From Octopus bimaculoides (lineage: Eukaryota), in contig NC_068985.1 of NCBI RefSeq assembly GCF_001194135.2, forward strand, positions 94,701,647 through 94,765,646: DNA of 64,000 nt, read 5' to 3'. Below, one piece after another: positions 1-12,346 of the stretch; within the stretch, counting starts at the first letter, position 1; each line of letters starts with the position of its first letter. The notes below the pieces were generated by a model. It saw only the letters and a program-made list of their open reading frames with translations, was not told the origin of the DNA and searched no databases. The position numbers and the translations under genes were made by a program.

Positions 1-175
1 TTCCCTTGTTCGAAAATATAAGGACACAGATCGTATTGTATAGCCAGCTGGAGACGATGTCTCCTGGGGCTAAATTACAGCAACATTCGTCCTAAACTAG
101 GACTGCCATGTTATGTTGTCAAAAAATCTCTACTACAAAGTATTTTCTGCCTATGAACACCCTTCAAAATATACT
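1..175 (+). repeat. Partial copy of HHR-associated repeat family E (HHR part would lie upstream of the window)
   Basis: atagccagctggagacgatgtctcctggggctaaattacagcaaca matches 15888-15940 and the reverse complement of 52830-53010 and 53590-53760. Confidence 0.65.
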
Positions 176-449
176 CAGCCTAGTTTTTGAGTCCTGAAAT
201 TTTCGATTTTAACCCATTGAATTTAACATAACCATTTTCCATAAAGTAAAGAAATTCAATCAAAATTCGATCATTATTTACGTCTTTGACTATCAGTTGA
301 ACATCCAAACGAAACACTCCATTTTGTTATTTTATTTTTTTTTTGCTTGTTTGTAAAGAAACTGTTCTTCACCTTTAGTTTCTTGCTCAAAGAGGTTGTC
401 TGACTCAAAGGTGAGTATACTCAAAATTTCGCCTTTTCAATTTTGTTTT

Positions 450-1600
450 GTCGCTTTCCAGCCCATAAAATCAATTACCAACTTTGAAGTCGTTGCAACA
501 CCATTTCAGACAAATTGCTTTGTTGTTTGTTTTTATTTTCGTTTTACATTTTGTTTTTCCGGATTCAATATATTCAAGTAGTTGTTTTATGATCTGTGAA
601 AATCGTAGACGTCTTTCCAAATAAATATTTTGTCAGAAAATGTGATAGCGTTAGCTAAAGCTTTCTTTTCTTTTCTAGAATATATTTTCACATCTTTTGT
701 CCAAATTTTTGGTACAAATACAATAGGTTCAAATACAGTTTCCAATCTGAGACTAAGAACTATCCCGAGTCCAGCTTCATGCATCCTTTGCAATAAACAC
801 TGGCAATATTTTATCAAAATCAGCTGACATAATTTTCTCAGTCAGTATTTGCTTCGATCATTTGAAAGCGTTGTTGCATTCAACCGACCAGTTAAATTTC
901 GATTCTGCTTTCCCAAAATACTTTTATGAGCCACAAATTGTTGGCATTTCTTCCAAACAAATGTTTGAAAGGAAATTGATTTTCTTCTCTAAAATATTTT
1001 TAATTCTTTAAAACTTTCTCGAATCATTTACATAACCAGTGTGTTACTTATGATTTTGTCATGTCTTTATATATTGTGGTTATCAATCTGTAATACATTA
1101 GCTTGCCATGAAAAAAATATTTTCCACCACTTAAAGATTAACCAATTCTTTCGTCTCCTTTTCCATAGTTATCTGCAGTTGCTCTCTGAATGGGTTCAAT
1201 CACGCTTTACTCTATAAAATTTGTGCCAATAACAGTATTTCTGGGAAAAGTTTCAGCTATCATCACTCTCCTTTTGTCATGAATTCCAATGCCAGTAATT
1301 ATCTATCTTAAGTATTTCACTGCAATTTTTTTTAAATTCACATTTGTTTTCGCATGTGTAATTGTAGTCAAAATTCTCTTTTCTCTGAAACTACTGACAA
1401 ATATTTCATCGGCTCTTGACTATTTTACCTCGCTACTAATATATTCTGAACTAGGCTGCAATCGTATTGAATCCATTTGTCAGCTTAACATTTGTGATTT
1501 TGCTAGAGATAGTGATACATAAAATGGCAAATTTTTCATATGGAAAAATACTTTTGGAATATTTACCAATATTTTGTTTCATGAAATTTTCATTCACTTC
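450..1600 (-). mobile_element. Decayed Ty3/Gypsy LTR-retrotransposon pol (RT, linker, RNase H)
   Basis: Minus-strand translations with stops and frameshifts, in Gypsy order: NIPKVFFHMKNLPF; VKYLR*IITGIGIH; KFNWSVECNNAFK*SKQILTEKIMSADFD; ILPVFIAKDA/GLGIVLS; YSRKEKKALA; IFTDHK; LQRLQSW*LIL. Confidence 0.75.
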
Positions 1601-3138
1601 ATTGCAAAATCTAAAGAAATATTAAAAAGGATCTGTGACATCATAAATCTTTCTTTAACTTAAAGGTTTATTCTAAACCAGTTTATAACAAATGCAATAA
1701 TGGAGTACAGCCCAATATGTTCACTCATATGTAATTTTTTATAACTGGAATGATCGTACGACAAACTGTCTCCACCAACATTTTTCATTACTTTTCCCTG
1801 ACTTAAATCAAGGAAATCAACCATGAAATGAAAATATAAAAGTTGGGTTTCTAATAAATTGTCTTACATATTTCATATGTAAATTTCTGTTCGCTGAATC
1901 CGATGTAACAACTGCTTTTTGCCCAGGATATATTTCATCTTTAATTTTTTAACAATTCAGAATTCATATGAAGTTATAAAAAGCAAATGTAGTTTTGAGA
2001 ACTTTTGTAAAATTTCCAAGGAGTTGTGATATGGTCTCTGCTTTTATTGTAGGTCTTCTATGAAAGGTGTAGGTACGGCTGTTACTTTTTACCAATATTC
2101 ACAATATGAGAGTCCATGGAATCCTAAATTGCTTCGTAATATATATCTCTATCGTTTTGTTTATTAGATACTACGCACTAGAATCTAGCTTCCTCAATTT
2201 CAGAATACGTATCGTAATTAATATTCTTGTGCTAAATGACTTCACAATTGGAGATAATTAAAATCATTTGAAAGCATTATCAGCTTCTATTTGTAATAAT
2301 TAACTATAATAATTTATTGAGATTTTTTTCCCCCGCAACATCAGATGACAAATTAATTTCCATCTTTCACCAAATGGAAATAGTAATTAAAATTGTAGCA
2401 GTTCATAATATGGATAAACAGAAGGGATTATTTGTAGTAAAGTCTCCCTTGCAACGCCTCTTTTACACAGCCTAATTAGTCGTTCCAAGTGTCGGGTTTC
2501 CAAGCTAGTACATAGCATAATTACTGCTAATTACTCGCAGTAGGCTGTTTACATGTTTAGATACCAAATCTAAGAATCTGTTTGTCAGCAGCATCCATTG
2601 GAAATTATTGAGCATTAAGAGAATCTAAGTTTTATTTACTATTATCTTGAAATAAAGCAGCGAATGAAATTTATTATCTCTTAGTATCATTGCTTGATGA
2701 GACCCCAGGATATCTGTCGATTGTGTTGTGTATTCGCATCGTCCAATTCATTTGTTTGAGCAAACCCTGTTTATAATTTTAAGGAGTAAATTCATTTCGA
2801 AGCTAATCGATTGAAGAACTGGCCATGCATTTTATGCGTGTACACACGGATTTTATTTAAACTATTCGTTTTACTGCATCTTAAATCTGTTATAAACTGT
2901 AATGTTAGATCTAAGAGAGACATCTTTTACATTAATTAAACGTTGTTTCCACGCTGAAGATGGAACAAGAATTGGTCATGGTACCACCTGTACTTTATCA
3001 TAACATCAACTGAATTTATTACTTTTGTAATTGCTTGAAATTCTTTCTCGAATTCATAATTGTCTTACAATTTAGAACCGCTTATAGCATATGTTTTTGT
3101 TTATTATATACGAGCTGAAGTACCTGGTAAAACATTAC

Positions 3139-3594
3139 CGTTAACAAGATGTCTGTTTATAGCCATGAAACAGTTTTCGACATTTTTCAAAAATTTGAAA
3201 TCTATATGAATGGGTCGGACAAATTTGACGAAAAATTGAGCAGAGTCTGGTAACGAACCCGTGTTGTCGTCTTTTTTGTGCATGTGCGTAAAATGGCGAA
3301 ATTTTACGCTTTGGGGCAGATTTCGTCAAATTCATGTCACGACGGCTAGTGCGCAAAATACCTAAATTTTGCCTGAGAAATAAAATGCTCTTACCTGATC
3401 AAAATCTGAAATGATGTGGAATTAAAACAACGAATTGAAATAATAAGTTTGAGCAAATCAAAACAATTCGCATTGAAATGAAGAATTAGCAAATGCTAAA
3501 TAGATTATCGTTAATAAGCTGTCTGTTTATACCCATGAAATATTTTTCGTCAAATTGATGTCACGACGGCTAGTGCGAAAAATGCCGAAATTTT
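3139..3594. repeat. Local direct duplication of two segments (3139-3180 and 3321-3370) re-joined at 3509-3594
   Basis: cgttaacaagatgtctgtttatagccatgaaa vs cgttaataagctgtctgtttatacccatgaaa; tttcgtcaaattcatgtcacgacggctagtgcg vs tttcgtcaaattgatgtcacgacggctagtgcg. Confidence 0.75.
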
Positions 3595-3721
3595 ACAATT
3601 TTTGAAAAATCGAAACTTATTAAAGCCGATTTAAAAAAAAAAATCCAAGTGCGTAAGTGACCGCATGAGCATAAGCCCCACACAGGTGTCAAGTTTTCAT
3701 CAAGATCTGTTGGATAGTCTC

Positions 3722-3781
3722 GGAGGAGGAGGAGGAGTAGTAGCAGTAGCTGTTGTAGCACCAACAGCAGTAGTAGTAGTT
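3722..3781. repeat. (GGA)n/(GTA)n compound microsatellite
   Basis: Direct reading. Confidence 0.85.
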
Positions 3782-3994
3782 CAGCTCTGCTTGTATTCAC
3801 GTGTGTTCTTTATCAAAGACTATTTCACAAACACAAACTTGCCATTTATTATTATAGATTTAACCAATTTCAGTGTAGTTGAGAAGCCGACATGTTATGA
3901 CACACTTAGAAATGCATACATAAGAAAATGCTAAAAGCAAATTTGAAAACAAAAATATAAAAGATCTAAATGCTTTTATTATTAAATTGTTTTT

Positions 3995-4680
3995 AGATTC
4001 TAAGAATTGGTAGTTATTCCTTCGAAATAAACCAGACTCTTAAGCTTGGCAACCTTTCTAATACCAGTATTAAAATGTCTCTCCCCACCTCTCTCTCCCT
4101 CTTTTTCTCCGATACTGGCCTTTTTTGCATTGGAACAAATAATACCATAAGGTTTCTGAATAATCTGTACAAGAGTATAGAGGTGTTCGCACATGACCTA
4201 ATCATAAGGCATAGTTTAAAGGATTATGGCCAGTTCGAAAACAACAAAGCCTTTGTTACCGTTGCTCAGTATGTAATACGTTTATATACGTTGATAGATC
4301 TAGCTGAGATAAGGAAGGATTAAAGTTTGATGGTTTATCTCTTGACTCCCTCGCCCCTAACGTTTTTTTCTATTCTACTTAAAATATTCTCTGCAGCCTT
4401 TTCTACACATATTCCCAGTAGCAGTCTTGCTCAATGAGCAATCTGTATTTCCCAAGTGACTTTTTACTTTTATTTTCTGCCTGTTTCTTGTCATGGAGAT
4501 ATTTGATTTATAGTTCCACGACTGCTTTCATTAAACATTCTTTCATTATCATCGTGTTTTTGTAATAACCGGAATTTGTAAGATAGGCTGTCTTGGTTGC
4601 TTCTATTTGATACACCACATCCATTCAGCGTTCGACGTTTGTTATTCATCTTAACCCGTACAAAAATTGCCACTGAACTT
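3995..4680 (-). mobile_element. Possible very old non-LTR (RTE-like) RT relic
   Basis: Weak motifs in the expected order: SRGTINQIS, GFVVFELA, EHLYTLVQII, NTGIRKVAKL. Confidence 0.25.
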
Positions 4681-5240
4681 ACTTAGTGTTGCAGTGTGAA
4701 AAAAATATGATATATCGAAACCTGGAAAACTATAGAGAAACTTCGTTTAATAGAAAGTAAGAGTGAAACAGATATAAGTTGCTTATTATAATTATATATG
4801 TAAAAAAAAAAAAAACAAATGACTCTATGTATCTTTATGAATAGCTGTCTTCCAATCTGTCGCCGATAGCTACTACTACATTGTAAATACGTTATTGTGA
4901 ACTGAAGTGAAATAAATATTGAACATAAATAATGGGACTGAGATTAATAGTGTATTAGCTAAAGATATAAAACATGTCCTGGGTTTCTTTCGCTTTAGTT
5001 GTAAAACATAACTGAAATACATATTAAATAAAAATGTGAAAGAAAATTTAAAATTTATAGTGAGGAATTGTTAGCACAAAAGAAAGAAGAGACTAAACAG
5101 ACGAAGTGTAATCGTGCTTAAGTATTGAAATGTATTGCATGTCCTACATTCAGATAAAGACGACGAAGAAGCAGACGAACTATAATGGATAAAAGCGGTT
5201 AGAAACAAATATAAGTAATAGTATTGGTATATAGTTTCGA

Positions 5241-5448
5241 CTTTTGGCAAAAGGCCAGCAATTTCGAGGAGATGGGTAAGTCGATTACATTGACCTCAGT
5301 GCAAAACTGGTCCACTTATTTCAGCCTTCCTAAAAGGATGAAGGCAAAGCCGTCCTCGGCGGCATTTGAACTCCGAACATAATATCGCAAAAATAACTAT
5401 AAACATTTTGCCCGGCGGGCTAACGATTCTGCCATCTCACCCCGCCTT
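5241..5448 (-). mobile_element. SINE family B (tRNA head, CORE-like middle), degenerate
   Basis: Minus strand starts aaggcggggtgagatggcagaatcgttag with B-box-like ggagttcaaatgcc; homologous to 61646-61861. Confidence 0.75.
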
Positions 5449-5487
5449 AATAATAATAATGATGATAATTAACATCATTATTATTAT

Positions 5488-6080
5488 AGATGTCGCACAG
5501 TATACAATATCGTGAGGTTGTTGATTGAAGATAGTGTCCACTAGGGGTTTGTAATGTTTGTCAAGTCACAACAGGTAACTCAGACAGACAGTACTTTACA
5601 CAATATACGTGCAGTTCCAAATAATGCCGACTTTTGCAATACATCTAGACTGTAGGGCATTCCTAAGGTTTTCAGATGTTTTTTTTTTTTTTTTCAGACT
5701 GGATGGTATTGAAACGAATGCCCCGATGACAATAGGGACAACATTTTTATGTTCGACTCTCGTAGCTGCCACATTTTAACGATCTCAATTCTCAGACCTC
5801 TATATTTATCAAATTGTTCTCTCTTTGTCATGATGATGTGTTGATCTCTTGGCACTGCTACGTCGATTACTAGGGACTCTTCTTTGTCCCTCCTAAAGGT
5901 TACTATGTCCAGCCTTCGGGGCTCTAACACTTTGTCTGTCTGGAAATCAAAATCCCAGAGGATTTTTGCCTTCCCCTTTTCGTCCATTACCTTTTACGGT
6001 GTATGTTGGTACCAAGCACCCGAAACCTCATATCCATACTACGCCATAGTAGCTAATGGAGGTTTTGGGCTACTTTGTCG
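5488..6080 (-). mobile_element. 5'-truncated R4/Dong-type LINE, restriction-like endonuclease C-terminus and 3' UTR
   Basis: RHDKVAQNLH; KILWDFDFQTDKVLEPRRLDIV..LVIDVAVPRD..KY (degenerate PD-(D/E)xK); PIVIGAF; LQKSALFGTARILCKVLSV*; 3' end runs into (TAA)n on the minus strand. Confidence 0.85.
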
Positions 6081-6092
6081 TGTCTATGCTTG

Positions 6093-6260
6093 ATACGACG
6101 GGCTTCTTTCAGTTTCCGTCTACCAAAATCATTCTCAAGGATTTGGTCTGCCCGAGGCTATAGTAGAAGACACTTGCCCAAGGTGCCACGCAGTGGGACT
6201 GAACCTCGAACTACGTGGCTGGTAAGCAAGCTACTTACCACACAGCCACTGCTACGCCTA
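6093..6260 (-). mobile_element. SINE family A, 5' half
   Basis: Reverse complement of gtggctgtgtggtaagtagcttgc...gacggaaactgaaagaagcccgtcg. Confidence 0.85.
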
Positions 6261-6932
6261 TACTTATCTTTATCACAGAGTCACGTTTTTATAAGATTAC
6301 TTGTTTGTCTTTTTTTGTTTTTGTTTTGTTTTGTTTTGTTTTTTTGTCTTCGGATACGACATTCATAAAGCATTCGGTGCAGACATTTTTTGTTGTTATT
6401 ATCGTCAGCATCGTTGTTTTTCTTATTGTTGACGTGGTTTATTCTGCTATTGTTAAAAGACTCACCATTATTTTCTGTATTGTAAAACACAAAAATACCT
6501 CACTTTTGCAATCTGAAAGAAGCGATTTATTTTGCAAGATTTTGGTTAATTCCTTTTTTATATACGTATTTTTCTGTGTTTAGCTGTGCAGCAGTCAATA
6601 CTTGTGTTTGTACTGAAGCGATTCTTGATGATATTTTATACTGAATATCAGTTAATAGAGATATATTTCAAAAACATTCTCACTTTCGTTTAACCTTCGG
6701 CAAAACAATCAGCAATAAACAGCTTACATTATTCAATTCTGGAAACTGTTCAAAAAAGTAATCCAAAGACAAGAGTGTTGGAAAGTGTGTTGTTCCACAG
6801 TATATTCTAAAGATAATAATAAAAATAATGATAATGATGCTTTATTGACCACGAGGTTTGCAAGAATGTCATTTAGGAAAATACGAAGACAAATGACAGT
6901 AAGGATTTATATAAAGACATGTAAAAAAAAAT

Positions 6933-7304
6933 TAGGAGTGGCTGTGTGGTAAGTAGCTTGCTTACCAACCACATGGTTCCGCGTTCATTCCCACTGCGTG
7001 GCACCTTGGGCAAGTGTCTTCTACTATAACCTCGGGCAGACCAAAGCCTTGTGAGTGGATTTGGTAGACGGAAACTGAAAGAAGCCCGTCGTATGTGTGT
7101 GTGTGTGTTTGTCCCCCCAACATCGCTTGACAACCGATGCTGGTGTGTTTACGTCCCCCGTAACGTAGCGGTTCGGCAAAAGCGACCGATAGAATAAGGA
7201 CTAGGCTTCCAAAGAATAAGTCCTGGGGTCAATTTGCTCGACTAAAAGGCGGTGCTCCAGCATGGCCACAGTCAAATGAGTGAAACAAGTAAAAGAGTAA
7301 AAGA
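6933..7304 (+). mobile_element. SINE family A, full length with internal (TG)n
   Basis: tRNA-like head (tggctgtgtgg, gcgttcattccc), internal microsatellite, 3' end ggcggtgctccagcatggccacagtcaaatgagtgaaacaagtaaaaga. Confidence 0.9.
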
Positions 7305-7319
7305 TTTACAACAGAAACG

Positions 7320-8920
7320 TTCTAACGACAAAATTCCTAAATAGAGTGGGAATGCCAACTAGGGACAACCAAGGAACCCCATAGATTCCGAGTCACTCTA
7401 CACACGAAGAGTTCTCTCATCTCCGTACCCTTCAGTCTATAGGCGAACCTTAGAGTAGGCCCATTCACTCGGGCAATCTTTGCTACATTCACCCACCTAC
7501 AAATTTAGCCCCATCTCCTCTATCTCTCCCTCTACACCCTCATTGTCCTGTTTCTGTAGCGAGCTATCTACAAGGAAGCCAGCAAATAAATCTTGTATAA
7601 GAGGATGAAGCTTGTAAGGCAGATCATCCAGCCCCTGAAGCCACTGCCACGTGTAATTTCTTCATGTGTTTCGTAAGCTCTTGTCGAGATTTTGTAGAAC
7701 TTTGCGTCCATATTCGTGAGGTGCAGTACGTTGGTGGTAAAGTCCACATCCGTCTTCGGTTCGTTATCTGCCTCAAATAGCTAAGCGAAGAGCCACCAAG
7801 AAGTCGTACACATCTGCTTGGAATCAAGTAGCCCTCTCAAAACATTAAGGGTCGAAATGCAATTCTCTCATCAAGTAGTGCCTCAACCACATGGCTCATC
7901 GAACGGCTCTCGTTCTCTAATTCCTTAGAGTCAGCACCTAACATATGACTACGCAATCTTTGTGCTCAGTGCAAAAGAATTGGTCAAAAACCCATTTCGC
8001 TGCCAACACACCGCTAAGAACATCTTGCTTAAACGCTTCTTAGTTGCTGAGTTGTTCTTCAACCACCCTAGAACAATCTATCAATGTCTCCTTTCGATTT
8101 TATAGTAACATCGTATTCTAATATAACATTCTTGAGGCTAGCCACCGTGGATTCTTGACATTACACCTGTTATCTTCCTATTAACTATTTCACTAAATCT
8201 GTCTCTGCAAACTTGGCACACCGGATATGATACATTCAGTTCCCAGTCACAGGATCTTTCTTTACTTATGATCTGTGTGGCAAACAACTTTGATTTGTAG
8301 ACAACCCATATTATGCTTATCTGTTGGTCTACAAAGTACTCTATCTTGATAGGATTTGTGGGACCTGATATTCTTTGCTCATGCCCACATTAGTATAATT
8401 TAGAAATCCAATCTGTACATGTGGGCCAAATGGAATCGACTGGGGTTTGCGATGCACGTATCACAACTATCAGCTAACCCCACATAATCTAGATATGTAT
8501 TCAAGATGGCGCTCCGATTTCCCACTAACACTAAAGATTGGAATTTTCCCAAGAAAGCATCCAGATGCCTGGAGAAGTCCGGCCGTCTCGCTCTATTTGT
8601 CTAATTTTAAAAGGCAGCAGCTTCGCTACTGCTCTCGATCAGAATCACAGCCTTACCGCCCGGATCCAGGTGAATCGACCGTCTCTCGAGGGTCAGATTT
8701 TTCCGTCACAGCACTGTTACCCGTCTTCTTGCCGGACCGAGTATGAGATTCGAAGATCTCAAATTAGCCAAAAATAGGTGCTAAGCACGCATGTGTCGGA
8801 AATCCTGGTCTCCACGATTGCTATTAGATCGAAACCAAACGATCTGATGTCATTAGACAAGCGACTCTCCTCCCATGATCCCAGCCCGCGCACATTTATT
8901 CACCTTATAACACTGAAAAC
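7320..8920 (-). mobile_element. L1/Tx1-clade LINE ORF2 fragment: AP endonuclease, linker and start of RT, disrupted
   Basis: INVRGL (8882-8899), DLIAIVETR, HLDPGGKAVIL, SLVLVGNRSAIL, SYQDRVL, TDHK, then GLDDLPY (PGLDGLP-like). Confidence 0.8.
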
Positions 8921-9074
8921 CAGGTGTTGTTGTTCTTGTGAATAAAATGGAGGAAAAAACCTGTTTAGTCATAAATATTGCAGTCTCTAGTAATGGTTGA
9001 TTATCAGAAGAGAAGAGAAACAGGTTACATATGATGACGTGAAGTGGAAAAAATACTGTGGTCATTGAAGGTGG

Positions 9075-9358
9075 TGAATGCTATACAGAGGACCTAGCCA
9101 TTGAATTACAGAGACTGTGGAAAGTGCGGGTAAAATGTATTCCAGTAACTATGGGTTACAGGTGCATTCGGAACTCTCCCAAAAGATCTGAACAGATGGA
9201 TAGAGGAAATAGGCGTAAAACCCAGTTAGCACAGCTCCAGAAAACCGTGTTATTAGGGTCAGCTAGGATATTTAGGAGAGTTGTTGGCATCTAAGGTTAC
9301 TTGTTGAAGCCCGATGTTAAGATATTTTCTTTTCCAACCGTTTAGTTTGTTGTGTGTA
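9075..9358 (+). mobile_element. 3' end of a second R4/Dong-type LINE
   Basis: YTEDLAIELQRLWKVRVKCIPV...LAQLQKTVLLGSARIFRRVVGI* (stop 9292-9294), short 3' UTR, then (ATA)n at about 9360-9378. Confidence 0.8.
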
Positions 9359-9816
9359 CGATAATAATAATAATAATAGGAGGATATCTCGCGCTACTAC
9401 ATAGCCATTATCTCTCGTTGTTGCTCTCTCTCTCACGCTCGCTCTCCCTCCCTTTCTCTGTCACTTTCTATCCCTCTCTCTTGCTTTCGATATTTGCTTG
9501 TCTTTACTTGTTGCTTATGTTGTTTATTCACATGTGTTTAGCTCCGATCAAACTTGTAGTTATTGCAAATATTTATTAACTAACATCAGAGAAGAATTTG
9601 GAAATTAATCTAAATTGAAACACGTCATTATACAAAGAAGTCTGTGATTTACAGAGAATGTTTGCTGGAAATGTACAGAAGTGTTGTGAATAGAAAGAAA
9701 TTAATCACAATGTATANNNNNNNNNNNNNNNNNNNNNNNNNNNNNNNNNNNNNNNNNNNNNNNNNNNNNNNNNNNNNNNNNNNNNNNNNNNNNNNNNNNN
9801 NNNNNNNNNNNNNNNN

Positions 9817-9850
<34 letters not shown>

Positions 9851-10717
9851 TGTATCTTTGTATGTATAATATGTGTAACTTGCGCACATTTTGATTCTCC
9901 TCACATGATGCACATTGTGTGAAACTAACAATCTCTAAACTTATATTGTTTGTCCATTTTGTCATTTGCTTTCCCAATGGCCTTCCTATGTGTTCAGTTA
10001 TATCAGATCTCTCTATTTATTACTTTTAATAAACAATATCGTTATTTCATATTTTCAACGAAAACCACCCCCAATATTTCATGCTTACTTTTTTTATATC
10101 TTAATGGCATCGTTTTCACGTTTCTGTAATAGTTTGTATATTGCCACATTTAAACCCAGCATTGACTTCTAAAATCCTTTAATGTACATACTTAATATAC
10201 ACTACAAAGGGGAATTTTCGTAATAATGTTCCCCGTTTATTCCTATATATTTACGCCGTTATTAGTATAATTTTTATGCTATATAAATCCATTTTCCCCA
10301 CTGAAGCTAAAATAAGTTTACACGTGAGAGAGGTTGTTTGTTGCAGTTCGTGAGAGAGTTTGTTTATCTTACATGTCACTGAGAGAAATAAAAAAAACAA
10401 AAACAACGAAAGGTTTACACAAATACAGTATAATATCAGTATTAAGGTTTGGAGTTATTTTCTTATGGACAATAGAACAGCAAGTAATATTTATATTGTT
10501 CCAACAGCAGAACAGTTGGGATCTGGCAGAATCTTTATCGCATCAAACATTTCCTCCAGTTCTTTACGTTCTGAATTCAACAAGCGCTGAAATCCACTTT
10601 GCCATCCCTCAAGCAGGTGGCAGTAAAATATTGTAGGAGTCAAGCACTGAGGTCGGTGTAATTGATTAAACCCCTTTCGCTTAAAACTACTGTACCAAAA
10701 TTTAAAACAACTATCAA

Positions 10718-10925
10718 AAGGTAGCGAGTTGGCGGAATCGTTAGGGTGACGGACAAAATGCTTGGATGCATTTATTCGGGCTTTCTTGTCCACAGTTCAA
10801 TTTCTGTTGAGGTCGACTTTGAATTTTACCCTTTAGGGGTTGTAAAATAAATATCGGTTCAGTACTAGGGTAGATGTAATCGACTCTTTCCACATCCCTG
10901 AAATTGCCCGCCGTGTGCCAAAAAT
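10718..10925 (+). mobile_element. SINE family B, degenerate
   Basis: aaggtagcgagttggcggaatcgttag...gaggtcgacttt...gatgtaatcgact. Confidence 0.7.
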
Positions 10926-11685
10926 CTCACAGTGAGAAAGAGATATTGTCATGCCGTATTAAGCGCACTTTTATATTCTGAGTTCAACTCTCATCACTTT
11001 GCATTTAATCCTTCGTGGGTCGATAAATCAAAGTATACATCAAGCTCTGAGGAAAATGGTGAGGTACCACGCTTGATTCAAAATTACTACTAATTTACTG
11101 CCTAAACGCGAAATATTACCGTTTCGTACGTGTTGCGGGTGCGAGTTTAAATCGAAACCTCAGTAAGTACGTTTCTGCTATGGCATACATGTCGTTGGTA
11201 TAAGAATAGAAATTATATCTCGTTTCCTCGTCCGTTACAACACATGGTCACCTCCAACCGAGAAGTTGTGATCAAATTTGATGCAAGATTTTCTTGGGCT
11301 GGGAAAAACTACATTATTTCCTAAGTGGATCAATGTTACCACATATTCTTTGATAGCTGTATCGTATTAGTTATCATGATTGTAAAACGAAATACTGAGT
11401 TCTTGCTAGCGATTAATATCCCCATCCCCACTGAAATTGTTCGTCGTGCCAAAAATTCATAATTAGAAATAGTTATTGTCATGCGATATTTAGCGCACGA
11501 CTTTTATATTCTGAGTTCAACTCTTACCATTTTGCATTTTACTCTTCGTGGGTCGATAAATTAAAGTACACATCAGCTTATGGGGGAAATGGTGATGGAC
11601 AATGTTTTCTTCACAATTACTACTAATTTGTGGCCTAAACGCGAAATATAACCCTTTCGTAATTGTCGCGAGTGCGAGTTCGAAT
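10890..11685. repeat. Old direct duplication of about 260 bp (10890-11150 and 11420-11685) containing SINE B fragments
   Basis: Shared blocks ttattgtcatgc, ttttatattctgagttcaactct, cttcgtgggtcgataaat, aattactactaattt, gcctaaacgcgaaatat. Confidence 0.75.
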
Positions 11686-11919
11686 ACTGCCATACCATCT
11701 TCGCCTTTAATCCTTCCAGGGATGATCTGGTAAAATGCTCTCAACGGTTAGGGAGTCATTTAATCAAATATCCACTTCCTCTAAATATCTAGCGTTTTGG
11801 AATTTTTTGCAGTCAGTAATAAAATATATAATCGCTTAATAAAAATCCTTATGCAAAATCTATTTTCAGTGCAGTCAGACACGTTATGGAGAAGTACATA
11901 CACGCACACACCGATCGTA

Positions 11920-12346
11920 GCACTCCGTCGGTTACGACGACGAGGGTTCCAGTTGATCCGATCAACGGAACAGCCTGCTCGTGAAATTAACATGTAAGTG
12001 GCTGAGCACTCGACAGACACGTGTACCCTTAACGTAGTTCTCGGGGAGATTCAGCGTGACACAGTGTATGACAAGACTGGCCCTTTGAAATACAAGTACA
12101 ACAGAAACAGGAAGAAAGAGTGAGAGAAAGTTGTGGTGAAAGAGTATAGGAGGGTTCGCCACCATACTCTGCCGGAGCCTTGTGGAGCTTTAGGTGTTTT
12201 CGCTCAATAAATACTCACAATGCCCGGTCTGGGAATCGAAACCGCGATCCTATNNNNNNNNNNTACTCACAATGCCCGGTCTGGGAATCGAAACCGCGAT
12301 CCTATGACCACGAGTCCGCTGCCCTAACCACTGGGCCATTGCGCCT
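11920..12346 (-). mobile_element. SINE family C, full length
   Basis: Minus-strand head gcgcaatggcccagtggttagggcagcggactcg...ggtttcgattcccag (A and B boxes); body homologous to 53085-53441. Confidence 0.9.

Noticed and set aside
1289-1522. Plus-strand ORFs at 396-581, 630-827 and 1289-1522
   Set aside because: Antisense shadows of the Gypsy pol relic.
1690-1790. Integrase zinc-finger-like HMSEHIG on the minus strand
   Set aside because: Lies upstream of RT, inconsistent with the Gypsy-type RNase H order, and lacks the CxxC.
2140-2230. Aspartic protease-like KLDSSA upstream of the Gypsy RT
   Set aside because: Position is plausible but the motif is too degenerate to call.
12212-12305. 42-bp direct duplication inside SINE C
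   Set aside because: Identical copies flank a 10-N gap: unmerged contig overlap, not biology.
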